The notes under the pieces: model-generated | The model's input: the letters and a program-made list of their open reading frames with translations, nothing else | What the model was told of the DNA's origin: nothing | The model's database searches: none | Position numbers and translations under genes: made by a program | NCBI GenBank assembly: GCA_963693365.1 | Contig: CAVNZM010000001.1 | Coordinates: 1,453,873 to 1,517,872 of the forward strand | Direction: 5' to 3' | Origin: Amoebidium appalachense | Taxonomy: Eukaryota; Protista; Ichthyosporea | Length of the DNA: 64,000 bases | In this document: in pieces, positions 1 to 11,323 of the stretch | Numbering within the stretch: the stretch's first letter is position 1 | How the letters are laid out: every line of letters begins with the position of its first letter

Positions 1-2376
1 GATACATGCACTAACTTTATTGTTGATGATTTGATAGATCTCGGTGATTATGCTGGCGGTGGTAGGAAGGAATATCCCGATGCTCTCTTGTTACCAAACA
101 CCACTCCCGCTAGACTAGGTGAACCCCTGTCTCAAAAGGAAAGCTTGCGCCGGCTTGCTAGTATGAATCGATTTGGCCCCCCTGCTCGTATTATTGGTGA
201 TACCCCTCATAGACTCTGATAAGTATTTCTCGGAACTGTTTAAAGATAGGACCCCCGCTCAGAAACCTATTGTGTGGCCTGTAGACCCATCTATCCCCAT
301 AGAATCGATCCTCCCCTTTTTCAGCCCCGATGCCATATGGTCTGTGATATCTAGTTATAGCTCTAGTAAGTCTTGTGGACCTGATGGACTCCCTGCTGGG
401 TTTCTTAAAATCCTTGTTCCCTCCTACCCACAAAAGGAAAGTGATCGTGCTATTAAACCTGATCTTACTATCATGTTAAGCTCTCTCTTTTCTTGGTGTG
501 TTAAATGTGGACATGTCCCGTCATCTTGGTTAGATACCTTAGTGATCCCCATAGTTAAGAAGGACTCTGAGGGCCCCATATCATCCTTTCGCCCCATTAC
601 ACTAACCCAGGTTGTTCGTAGATTCTTTGAAGCTTGCTTACTTAGGTTATTTGCACACCACCCTAGGTTTCAATCTATTCTTCACATACACCCATGCCAA
701 TCCGCTTTTCGTAAAAACAATTCATGTTATGTTCAAATAATGGCACTGCACGATTCTATGCAAGTTGGTGCACAATATGTTGGCTTTATTGATTGGAAAA
801 CTGCTTACGATTCTGTCTCCCCTGGTCTCCTATGGGAAAAGCTTGCTGCACGGGGTGTACCACACTGCATTGGTGTTCTGTTAGAAGCACTCTTGTCTCA
901 AACCTATGGTAGAGCTGTGGTTAATGGGCATCTTTCATATGGTTTTGCTCGTACTAGAGGTCTCTTGCAGGGTTCATTGCTTAGCCCCTTTTTGTTTAAC
1001 CTATTTATAGATGATTTGGCTGTCAAGATTTACGCCGAAAACGATGACCCTATTAATAACTTTCCGCCTGCACTTCTCTATGCTGATGATCTGTCCCTCC
1101 TTGCCCGTACCCCTAGACGCCTGCAAAGATTGTTCGATGTAGTGTCAGAGTGGTGCAAGGCAAACCTTATGATCCTTAACATAGACAGATGTGGTGTTCT
1201 TGTACCTGATATAGCTAACAATTTACACACATTTACATTATCATCTAAACCTGTACCTATAGTTCCAGAATACAAATATCTTGGTGTTCCGGTTGATTCT
1301 GTTGGTGTTATGTTTCCCCATATGGTCGAAAAGAGGGTAGAGTTGGCTCGTAAGCGGTTAGCTTTCTTCTCGGCTAATATTTTTAAAGACACACCCCTCC
1401 ATCCTTCTATTAGACTTACATTTATTCGCACTTTTGTCTTCCCGGCATGTGAATATGGTTTACCCCTTCTCGCCGCTTGGATCAAGAAAGAGAGAACTAG
1501 AGCGCTTAAACCCTTGGCAAATTTCCTTGAAGCAGAAGTTGCCTCCTTTCCATCTAACAACTGTTGTAAACCTGGGCCTGTAACGCTCTCGATATATGGT
1601 CTGGTCCCAATAGCTGCTAGAGTATCCTATCTCGCGCTGAAATTCAATAAGCACATAAGCCGCTTAAAGAAGTATTTGCCCTCCCACCCTCTCTTCTCTA
1701 TCCGACCTGTCCCCTCCTCACCTCCCCCCTCTTTCCTCCCCTCTCTCTCCCCTTCTCCCCTGGGCACAAATACAAATAAACCCCGCAATAGTGTGTGTGT
1801 GACTTTGGACTGCCACTTACTTATTAAACATGTACACAATCACAAGATAATCACGCAATATAACAAATGGAAAAAGATACCACACGACACTAGACCCGAT
1901 GAAAGCATACACCTTGAAAAACTAAGCCTTATGTCTCGTTTTATATATACTGACCGCCTCAACCATATTGCCAAATATGGCACTCGCAAGTGTATAACAC
2001 CTAAATCCATATTACCTTCCTGTAGAACTGGTCTTTCTCTAGCTGATGGTATTATTGATCAATTACCACGCTTTTACTGTACACGTGCTATACAGTGGAG
2101 ATCTAATAAGTATAAGGTGGCATCATTTGCATGCCCAAACAACACACACACACACCAGTTTAACCGGTCATGTATCGCCAAATGTAGTTTGATAGACCAC
2201 ATAATACCGCAACACACACACGTCACATTCACAACAGACACCCAGAAAGATAGCCTACCTGTAAATTACAACATCCTTGATTTTATACTAAACACGCGTA
2301 ACTACGACCTGTTTATTAGATGTATTGATTGGCTTGAGAAACACATCACTACAAAATTATAGCGCACACACACACA

Positions 2377-2431
<55 letters not shown>

Positions 2432-2722
2432 CCAGCTGATACCGAGTGTCCCGAGGGAAGCCCCTTTAAAAAAAAAAAAAAAAATTAAAATTAAAAAAAA
2501 TTAAAAAAAAATTTAAAAAAAAAAAAAAACGGGGAACCCCAACTAATTGATTTCTCCTTGTAGTCTTTATGGTGTCTCGTAGAGAAAGTAAACCCTGATA
2601 TATAGTCACCACCCGACATCTATGTACGTGATCATGATATACCGCTGAGGGGATATTCCGAGCAAAACCCCCCCCATACCTGAGACTGGTTCTCTTTGCC
2701 TCGAGTAAACAGCGTAAACCCC
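1..2722 (+). mobile_element. Non-LTR-type retroelement family 1, copy 1 (5' part lies outside the window)
   Basis: RT ORF followed by (CA)n, a short GC-rich segment, an internal A-rich tract and a ~190-bp 3' module ending ...CAGCGTAAACCCC. The same 3' region is near-identical at 48037-49390 and 61169-61519 on the minus strand. Confidence 0.85.
173..2362 (+). CDS. Non-LTR-type reverse transcriptase with C-terminal Cys/His domain
   Basis: Motifs KSCGPDGLP, FRPITL, QSAFR, FIDWKTAYDSV, GLLQGSLLSPFLFNLFIDDL, LYADDL, YKYLGV. The C-terminus reads WRSN..CPNN..FNRSC..C..ILDFILN. An open upstream frame (1-219) probably joins by a 1-nt frameshift near 200-215. Confidence 0.9.
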   Translation: MAPLLVLLVIPLIDSDKYFSELFKDRTPAQKPIVWPVDPSIPIESILPFFSPDAIWSVISSYSSSKSCGPDGLPAGFLKILVPSYPQKESDRAIKPDLTIMLSSLFSWCVKCGHVPSSWLDTLVIPIVKKDSEGPISSFRPITLTQVVRRFFEACLLRLFAHHPRFQSILHIHPCQSAFRKNNSCYVQIMALHDSMQVGAQYVGFIDWKTAYDSVSPGLLWEKLAARGVPHCIGVLLEALLSQTYGRAVVNGHLSYGFARTRGLLQGSLLSPFLFNLFIDDLAVKIYAENDDPINNFPPALLYADDLSLLARTPRRLQRLFDVVSEWCKANLMILNIDRCGVLVPDIANNLHTFTLSSKPVPIVPEYKYLGVPVDSVGVMFPHMVEKRVELARKRLAFFSANIFKDTPLHPSIRLTFIRTFVFPACEYGLPLLAAWIKKERTRALKPLANFLEAEVASFPSNNCCKPGPVTLSIYGLVPIAARVSYLALKFNKHISRLKKYLPSHPLFSIRPVPSSPPPSFLPSLSPSPLGTNTNKPRNSVCVTLDCHLLIKHVHNHKIITQYNKWKKIPHDTRPDESIHLEKLSLMSRFIYTDRLNHIAKYGTRKCITPKSILPSCRTGLSLADGIIDQLPRFYCTRAIQWRSNKYKVASFACPNNTHTHQFNRSCIAKCSLIDHIIPQHTHVTFTTDTQKDSLPVNYNILDFILNTRNYDLFIRCIDWLEKHITTKL

Positions 2723-4087
2723 TACCGAATTTCCGACCTCTAAAATCCAATACGATGCACCAGGGGTTGTGCGGGTTCGGAACTTCGGCTGCGCTACCCG
2801 TGTTACCCAAAACGCAATCGTATATTGTCGGAATTTGTTTTTATTATTATTATGACTTTATTGATGTGCTCATCAAAAGAGAAGCATGCGACAATTGTAA
2901 ATCGTATTGGCGGGGTTCCCCTCATTTACGAGCTCATAGAGACCCCCTACATTACCAATATTAATAAACAATGTCTGACAATTTTACACTTCGTTAGACA
3001 TTTCACGCCCCGACAGGCAAAACAGGGCTCCAAATTCTTTTCCGGAGTGCAAAGATAGCCATCTGATTACTTTTTACCTAGAAAAACACCAATTGTCGTG
3101 TGAAAGCACATTAATTTACACTATTGGGGCATATTTGACTGCTACGATAAACCAATATAGCACCTCCCAGCGTTACTCGTATTGAACCCCTGGACTTAAT
3201 CATTAATACGACGAATTTGGGTCGTAAATTACGTAATACAACCCCTGAGATGCACGGCCCTTTGATTGGATGTCGGGCCGCAACCAATCACTATTTAGTA
3301 GCGTTCTGCGCAAACCCGTTGGATAGCATATATGGCCGATCTACATACGCCAATCAAAATCGTCCCATATGATTTATGATGGCGATGGCGGAATCCGGGA
3401 AACTCCTCAACAACGGCTATCTCCGCATGTCTTGTGACGCGTCAAGACGTCTTTGTGGGTGAAAGTACTGTTGACCTTGTTGCAACTGCCGGCACCTCAA
3501 CACAACACCACATGCATGTCACTGATAAACAGCTTGGCCGCTTTTCTGAGAATCATCGGCATTTTCGGGTCGTTTGCAGCCCCTGACGTGTTCAAACCCT
3601 TTCAGCCAATCTACAGGGCTCCCTCCGCCCTCTCATTTCATGATGCATCCGGGCCCCCTTTTTGGGCCAAAGGTGTATCAATACGCGAAGTGTATGATAA
3701 TTAATTCACTTCCCGATCGCGACAAATTAATTAATAAGTCACCGTAACAGTACAGTTTTTATAGAATAATAACAAATAAGAATATGGTGTTGCCAGTATG
3801 TATAAATACATGGGTATAGGAGATCTATGTCACGGTGTTCACAGTTTAGTTGACCAATGGTTCGGGGACAAGACCCAGGAGTTGTAGGGCTCGAGCACTT
3901 TTTAACAGTATTTGGTCAAAATCCGGGAGTTTTCGCATCTTTCATGGTCCTTTTGACCATCGGAGTGGGCTTTTTGATCGTATCAGTGGGGAGTTGACTT
4001 GCTATGCCTAAAATATTAGCTAACCCTGTGCAGGTGAACGCGACCGTCTTAAAGGGGGGGAGGGATAAATAAAGGAGCCATTCCTGT

Positions 4088-5239
4088 TTGAACCACCGTG
4101 TAAATGATTATCTTGTGTCAGGCATGTTTGCGTTCGGGCAGCAACACAAATTAGACGACCTGGCGCACGGCAATATTATACAAGGATGCTTCCGCATGCG
4201 CGCCGTCTGCACAGTCGTTTCAACATGTGTTTTCTATGCGGTCTATGTGTTCCTCTGTTGGGCCAGTGCCACCAGTAATGATATTGGTAAGCTGCAGCCG
4301 GCAGTCTGGTTTGGCATTCAATCCACCGTTCCAAAGGTCGTCACCGAGCAATCTGCCTCTGTTGCACCCTCTGCTCGCCTTGTCCCACATTTCCCTTTGC
4401 GTTTGCCGATGAAACAATTAATCTCCAAGGCTGCCACTGCAGCCAAAAAGGATGGCTCAATAGAGGGCCCGTGGGTACCAAAACCTTTGCCTCCATTGCC
4501 GATTTGGATACAGCCGGCTAAGAATTCGTCCATTGTGCCGCGCAACGTGTTTGTTGCGTGGTTCGGTGCAGGCATGGTGGGCCCTAGGTATGAGGCATAT
4601 AAGTCAATTCTAGCTCGGCTGGGAGTTAACGTAACAGTGGTCAACGAGATGAACCTGTCGCAGTTTAGTCTTCGGGAGAATCCCATGCATCCGGCTGTTT
4701 TCGGGAACTACCTCGCCCGGAACCACGTGGTTGACTATGTGCGGGCTTACCTGCTGCACCACTACGGCGGTGGCTTTCATGACATAAAGCCTGCATCCAA
4801 AAGCTGGAAGCCACATTTTGATGCTTTTAACGACCCAGGAGTGTGGATGGTTGGCAGCAAGCCAAGGGGGCGGTTTGAGGTCGAGTGTGATGACACTTAT
4901 GCCCGGGCGGTGAATGAAACGGGCAGGTGCTGGGAAGTGATGGCTGCTTGGCCGAACCTGCTAAGTCCCGGGGCGTACATTATGCGACCACGTACCCACC
5001 TCACGGAAAAGTGGCTAACATTGGTGCACAACCGCCTGCAGTCGAAGATAGATGACGTAATCGCACATCCGGCCCTCCGTCGCAGGTGCTGCCGGCAGTC
5101 GGAGTCCCCAGGCTATCCTTTTTCATGGAATGAGCTACATTCAGCTTTATTATATCCCCTTCAATATCAGTATTTCGCACACATCAGGCAGGGCTTGCCG
5201 CGGTATCTTCCGTCTCCCTTTTTAGGAGAGATAGAATAG
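4088..5239 (+). CDS. Intronless glycosyltransferase-like protein (DXD sugar-binding / capsular polysaccharide synthesis-like). True start probably a downstream ATG
   Basis: VFVAWFG...NHVVDYVRAYLLHHYGGGFHDIK resembles the D-x-x-R-x-x-L-L-x-x-Y-G-G-x-x-x-D signature. There is a hydrophobic N-terminal anchor (VVSTCVFYAVYVFLCWA) and a Pro-rich stem. Confidence 0.7.
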   Translation: MNHRVNDYLVSGMFAFGQQHKLDDLAHGNIIQGCFRMRAVCTVVSTCVFYAVYVFLCWASATSNDIGKLQPAVWFGIQSTVPKVVTEQSASVAPSARLVPHFPLRLPMKQLISKAATAAKKDGSIEGPWVPKPLPPLPIWIQPAKNSSIVPRNVFVAWFGAGMVGPRYEAYKSILARLGVNVTVVNEMNLSQFSLRENPMHPAVFGNYLARNHVVDYVRAYLLHHYGGGFHDIKPASKSWKPHFDAFNDPGVWMVGSKPRGRFEVECDDTYARAVNETGRCWEVMAAWPNLLSPGAYIMRPRTHLTEKWLTLVHNRLQSKIDDVIAHPALRRRCCRQSESPGYPFSWNELHSALLYPLQYQYFAHIRQGLPRYLPSPFLGEIE

Positions 5240-7282
5240 TGGCTCGTAATATTATTAAACATTTGATCAAGAAACTCTAATTATACTCTGAGCAGGAATG
5301 CACATACAGCCCTTATACCTCAATATACATGAAAACAATTCCTTTATATTTTCTGTACTGCTTTTTACATTTGGTTGAACGCTTAACGAATATATGTCCA
5401 AAAATAAATTTCCTTACATACCATATATGGTATAATATAAGACTATTGGTCCGTTATGTCCACACCAATCAAATTGAGTGCGGGGATGAACCATGCATGT
5501 GCATAACGGCAGATCGTAATCCCCCATACTCCCTAACTCCCGATACTCAGTGGGGGCCGATAATCCTACATATGAAATTTGATCAATTACATAGTAAAAT
5601 TTCAAAATGAACCCTTTGTCCTTAAGTCGGTTACTTTGTAGTTAACTTGAAACAAAATTGATCATTGATTTGTTACCACGTGCGGGCGATACCGAGGGAA
5701 ATGGTTCGCCGTGCCACGCAACTGGGGCCCTACATGTTTGTCAGCCGCTCTGCTTCCGAAGAGGGTAGTGTTAGTCAAGTTCTTGTGTGTGTGTGATCTG
5801 TGTGTGGTGTGTGCGAGTGTGTGTGTCTCTGTGTATGTGCCTGTGTACTTGTGTGAGCGGGTGTATGTGTATCGGAGTGAGTGTGTGAGGGTTGCACTAG
5901 TTTAGGTCATGTGTATGTGCTTGCTTGGGGACGATGTCGGTATTGCCATGTTTTAGATGTGTCGTTGAAGTCACATACGTCTTCTGTGTGTTCATAGAAG
6001 CCGAAAACAGCTTCGAGCTTTCAATCCGCCACTGCGGCTTTGACCACTGTGTGGTCAAACTCTGCCCCTGTGGGCGTAATATAAGCAAACTATCAAGTAG
6101 GTACCACTGTTCCTCCCATTTCTTCTCCCACCCTCCACCTCCTCCTCATTTGTATCACACACCCATGCATACACACGCATACACACACGCACATCATACC
6201 TGCACACTTGCACACGAACATACACCCATGTGCACTGTAGTGGCTCACTGTCCCGCACATGGCCCCATTGTGGTCATGGCTAGAGTACAGTCTTCTCTCG
6301 TTATAGTACCTACCCCCCCCCCCCCCTCTCTGGGTGCACCACAAGGGGGTGTTATATCGTGAAGGGAGCTCTAACGTCTGGTTTGATTTCCGATACTCTT
6401 CGAATTTTTTATTCTTACTGAGTACGACCATATTTGTCAATAATTTAAATGGAAATGTTTTTGACTGAGCTAGTTTGGGCGCGAAGATCTACTCTTTCAT
6501 TGTAAAGTCTATTCAATTCATCAAATCATAGTATTTCTATCAAGATTCAGCTATGTCCACCCACTGTGTTCATGCTTGTGGACCCTCTTGATAAAGGGGA
6601 GGGCGTCATATCACATGGTTATCCACTACAGGCTCACCTGATGGCGTTCCACTAGAACCAAGCTTTATGTGTAATAGCGTAGGGTGCGCTATACATATCG
6701 TGTGCTGTTTTCTATGGGAAGCAGACGGTGGCATCTGAAAGGGGGGTTCTACCGGGTGGGAAACTGCAGCCTCAGGGGGGCTATAGCGAGAGGAAACGGT
6801 ACCCAATCATATACGTGGCCACTCTAAAGATTGGCTAGGCTGCGAAAGAGTCATGCTGCTTTCTCACATGTGATAACACAAAATCCACCCAACAGATAGT
6901 AATGAGATGGGTTGGTTAAAAAAAAACATAACCACCTTCAAGATCAACAGGGTTCGTTCAGAATTACGATAATCTACCTAAGATAAGCAGTACTAGAATA
7001 TTTGAAAAAAAAATACAAGACTATGGGGGTTAGGGAGTGTGCGGAAAAATAGGATGGTGGGGAGGGGGGGGGGAGGGGGGGGGGGGGGGGGGGGGGGGGA
7101 GGGGGGGGGGGGGGGATAGGGGGGAGGGAGGGAGGGAGGGAGGGAGGGCTCTGAATTCTCCAGGCTGTACAGAGCATAATAGTCTTAAAGTATGCACTTT
7201 TTGTGCGTGAATGTGATTGTGCGTATCTGTGTGTACATGTGGTTTTGTATACGTGGCAGGGGGTGTGTTTGCGGGTGCCGGG

Positions 7283-7432
<150 letters not shown>

Positions 7433-7757
7433 GTTTTATACGGGTCTTAGGGGAGCAGAGTGCACAGAGGTGTCATGTAAAACACGACTAACACATTAAT
7501 GAGAGGGCAATCGGAGTTGTTCACGAGACATTGAAAGATTCAAACAACAACTGATTCTTTATTGTGATATCGGTTCCTTTTGTACTTGCGACTTATCATC
7601 TTATCACAACTAAAGAGGGAGAACCAATCGGTTCTATCAGTTATGTTCGTCTCTATAAAGAAACTCATTTAAATACATATATTTCCTAATAGTCGACACT
7701 CTCAAAGTGAAGACACATTGCAATAAACCGAATTCCATATATATATATATATATATC

Positions 7758-9784
7758 TATGAAACCTACTCCGGGACGTGTGTTGCCTCTAGGGGGACAT
7801 CCCCTTGGACGAAAGTGAACCTGCAATGGTTGTAAACCACCGCAAGCCCCCAGTCATCAATTTATTGATCCGTGAGGTCCTTGTGCCCAAAAAAACGGGG
7901 GAAGTCTTCGCCCCGTGAAAAAACAGCACGTATGTGGGGATCAATGGGGGTTGAGTGTAGGGTGTAGGTGGGTGGGTGAAAAAGAAAATATAGCTGTAAA
8001 GCTGTAGGTGCCAAACACAGAAGATGTGTTGTTGCTTGCTGATCTGCTAAAAACTGTCGTGCTTATATACCTAAGGCTACCGAACTGAGCCAATCAAAAT
8101 CGATCTAGTGTTATGTGAAATCTGATCCTGAGCCAACCAAGCTCAGTCTAGTGATCTGTGGAATCTGATGTTTTGATCGGCTAATAGGTGCCCGTATGCG
8201 GGCAGCCGAACGCGACCTGCTAAAACATGAAACGAAGCCTGTTGATATCGGACACCCATCCTACGTGTTTACCCAGAAAAATATTTATGTCAATAATTTC
8301 CACAAATAAAACCTCTATGAAAACTACTCCGGGACGTGTGTTGCCTCTAGGGGGACATCCCCTTGGACGAAAGTGAACCTGCAATGGTTGTAAACCACGG
8401 CACGAGAGCAGTATGCTTGCTCCAAAGGTTTCACTTAAGAATAGAGGCGAAAACACGTGTGGTAGTGGCAGCAATGGAGGCCGGACGAAGTCGGGCATAG
8501 ATCAGGAAACAGTCGGACCGAGGACCACCTGCCGAGTGTTTGATCCGGGAGTCGTCGACCCCGGCCTCGGCCAGTGCTGTGGCCCCCCCGATGCGGAGGC
8601 TGTGTCCGGCAAACCGGGAGGGTGAGAGGCCTGCCCGGGAGAGGAGGGCACGGAAGTCGGCAGAGAAAGCACTCTTGGTGTAGGGGATGCCACCGAGACT
8701 GAAGAGGGGGTCGTCGGGTTGACCGGACGTTGTATCCAGGAACTGCCGGAGAAGATGGGCTGGGGAGAAGTGGGTGAGGGGCAGGGCAGCGAGAGTGACG
8801 TTGACACCTCGGGCCTGTACATCCGTCTTGGAGGTTGGCAGGTGGAGGGTGGCATGGGACAAAGTACCGGTGGGGGTGTAGCTGAAGGTCACATCCTTCC
8901 GTTTAACGTGACGGGACGGGTCAAAGGAAGTCAGGGTTTTGGAGGTAAATTCCCCCGAACGGAGGAGACCGCAGAAACCGACGATGAGGGCCGTCCATAG
9001 TCGTAGATTGGCCGAGGAGGCCTTGTTGGGGCACTGGCCATGGAGTATGCTGAGGTGGGAGGGGCAGGAGGGGCTCCCTGGTGGAGGATCGGGGTCGGAT
9101 GTTGTGAGAAAGCTGCCATCTGCCCACCCCTCGGAGGAACCAGGCCAGAGACTTGTCGTGGGGGTAGGGAGCAGGGAGGCCCATGTCGAGGTGGAGTCTG
9201 GTGATGGCCGAATTGTAGCCGGCCAAGGAAGAGGCCTGTACCCCTCGTTGGGCACACCAGGCGAGAAAAAGCTGCCCGGTGTGGGGGGAGGCCGGGAGGG
9301 AGGACCCGGCGGAGGATTGCAGCCGAGATGCCACACAAAAATCGATGAATACTTTTTGCACCCGGGAGTAAAAGGCCCGAGAGTCGAGGTTGAGACTCAG
9401 GGCCTGGCATTCCTGCAGGGTAGTGGTGGCACGAAGCAGCTCGGCCGAAGCAAAGTGGGGGGCCAATCGGCCAGCGTTGCTCCGGAAGGGGAGATCTGGG
9501 GGGGGGGGGGGGGGGTGAGCCCAGGGGAAGGGATAAGAACTTGTGGACCCAGAAGGGGAAGGGGCAGGGCTTCGGTTGCAGGTAAGTTCGGAGTCGTTGG
9601 GTCCGGGGAAGTTGGTTACGGAGGAGCTGCGCGGCGAATGATTGGGCTGGGTAGGGGGGCCAGCAGCTCCCGGAGGCGGGAGGTGTCAACGTGGTGTTGG
9701 GGCAGCGGGCGGGCCTCCGGGGGCTGAGCCTCGGGGGAAGGGGTGGTTAGCAAGGGTGGGGCACCCTCGGGGAGATCCCGGCAT

Positions 9785-9822
<38 letters not shown>

Positions 9823-10534
9823 CAGGGCCCCGGTGGGTTTAGAGTAGGGCAGCAGGGCCCGAGGGAGGGTTTGCAGGGAGGGCAGCGGTGCCCTGTGCAG
9901 GGGATGCCCGAGCACGCGCGGGTGTGGGCGTACACAGAGTTAGAGGAAGGGGGGGGGAGGGAGTGCTAGGTGAGTGTAAGGGGGGGGAGGCTCGTGGGAT
10001 GGGGGGGGGGGGGAGTAAAATTATGTGCAGTGGCCAGAATAACGTCTTTGTGTAGGGACATTTATTCTTGGCGCGCGCGGGCGCCGTAGTTGGCCTGCGA
10101 AAATTGTTACTCAGCCCTAGTGCCCCGTTTTTCCCGAGCTCCGTGTCCTTGGACCCGTGTAACCTAGCTCCTAGCCCCTATGTTCTATCTGTGGGTGTGG
10201 GTGTGCGCGTAGACTAGGCATTGTGCTTGCAGTCTTTGCGGGGGTGTGTGCCAGAGCAGAGCGGGCACACGTGGGAGAAGGGGCAGGGCTGCTTAGCGCA
10301 GGACCGACCGTTGTGGAAATTCCTGCAGTGTGTCGCGGGTAGATCCACGGGTCGGGCCGGTGGTGCCGGGCCGGGTTGCGGGCCGGGTCGGTTGGGGGTT
10401 TGGCCCCCGCCGGGCTTGTGGGGCGGCTCGAAACCATCAAGACCACAGCCGGGCTTGGGGTACATGGGGCAGGCCGCGCTGGGGTGGTCGGGGAAGCCGC
10501 AGCGCTGACATGCGTCCGGTATGAGCAGAGTGGG
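7758..10534 (-). mobile_element. Ngaro/DIRS-type tyrosine-recombinase retroelement derivative, 5'-truncated, lacking RT/RNase H
   Basis: Gag-type Zn fingers (CQRCGFPDHPSAAC; CRNFHNGRSC..C.FSHVC..C...H...C) at 10214-10534. A YR gene is present. ~83-bp direct repeats at 7758-7840 and 8316-8399 match the B1-A2-B2 split direct repeat 3' end. Confidence 0.85.
8431..9466 (-). pseudogene. Tyrosine recombinase, frameshifted
   Basis: The N-terminal core-binding part is in ORF 8921-9466. The catalytic part is in ORF 8431-9336 (GLLRSGEF, LPTSKTD, GHSLRIGGATAL, disrupted GRWSS, final Y). Confidence 0.9.
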
Positions 10535-10919
10535 TTTCCTAATAGTCGACACTCTCAAAGTGAAGACACATTGCAATAAACCGAATTCCATATATATATA
10601 TATATATATATATTGTCCAATCACAACACACATATATTAATAGACAGGAATGCACAACACGATCTACAGATGTACTCGCTCGCGACTATTGGCGAGCCAT
10701 CCTATTGAGAACAAAACTAAGCCATTTTGAAATAAAGGAAAGACAACGAGTGTAGCTAGCCAATCACGCTACCTCTCAGATAAACAGAGGAGAGCAAACA
10801 GAAATAAAATACAATAAGTTCTTATCAGGCAAGAGAGCCAGGTGTGCACAGATCTACAGATATCTGTGCTTACAGAAACAAGGGAGAGAGAGATACGAGG
10901 GGGGAGGGGGGGGGGGTGT

Positions 10920-10971
<52 letters not shown>

Positions 10972-11209
10972 AGAAAAGAGAAAGAGCACAAAGAAGGAAA
11001 GCAGACACGAATACAAACAAAGCTAAGACACATACATACTTCAAGGCTCTTGTTGTCATACATGGTGACGTATTCCAACAATTGGTCACGGTGTCCACAG
11101 GGCTGCTCGAGGCCGAGTGGAAGGTTGGGGACCCAGGACGAACCGGAGTCATGTAGCCAGGTTAATGCACAGCAACGGGGGGTGCCGGCAGCAAAGGTTG
11201 TTGGCCGGT

Positions 11210-11246
<37 letters not shown>

Positions 11247-11323
11247 CTCGGGGGAGGAACGGGTTCGACCGGGGCTGGTTGGTTGTGCCAGGACGGATGG
11301 GTGATGACTACAGACGGAATTTC

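Noticed and set aside
2431-2466. Hammerhead ribozyme in the retroelement 3' UTR (CTGATA...GGAA)
   Set aside because: The core CUGANGA/GAAA and the three stems cannot be assembled by eye. The same holds for CTGATA near 2594 and GGACGAAA in the YR repeat.
2468-2529. A-rich tract as the true poly(A) end of the retroelement
   Set aside because: All three copies share a further ~190 bp beyond it, so it is internal.
4049-4062. TTAA-GG Kolobok/piggyBac-like terminus beside the glycosyltransferase
   Set aside because: No convincing matching inverted terminus was found.
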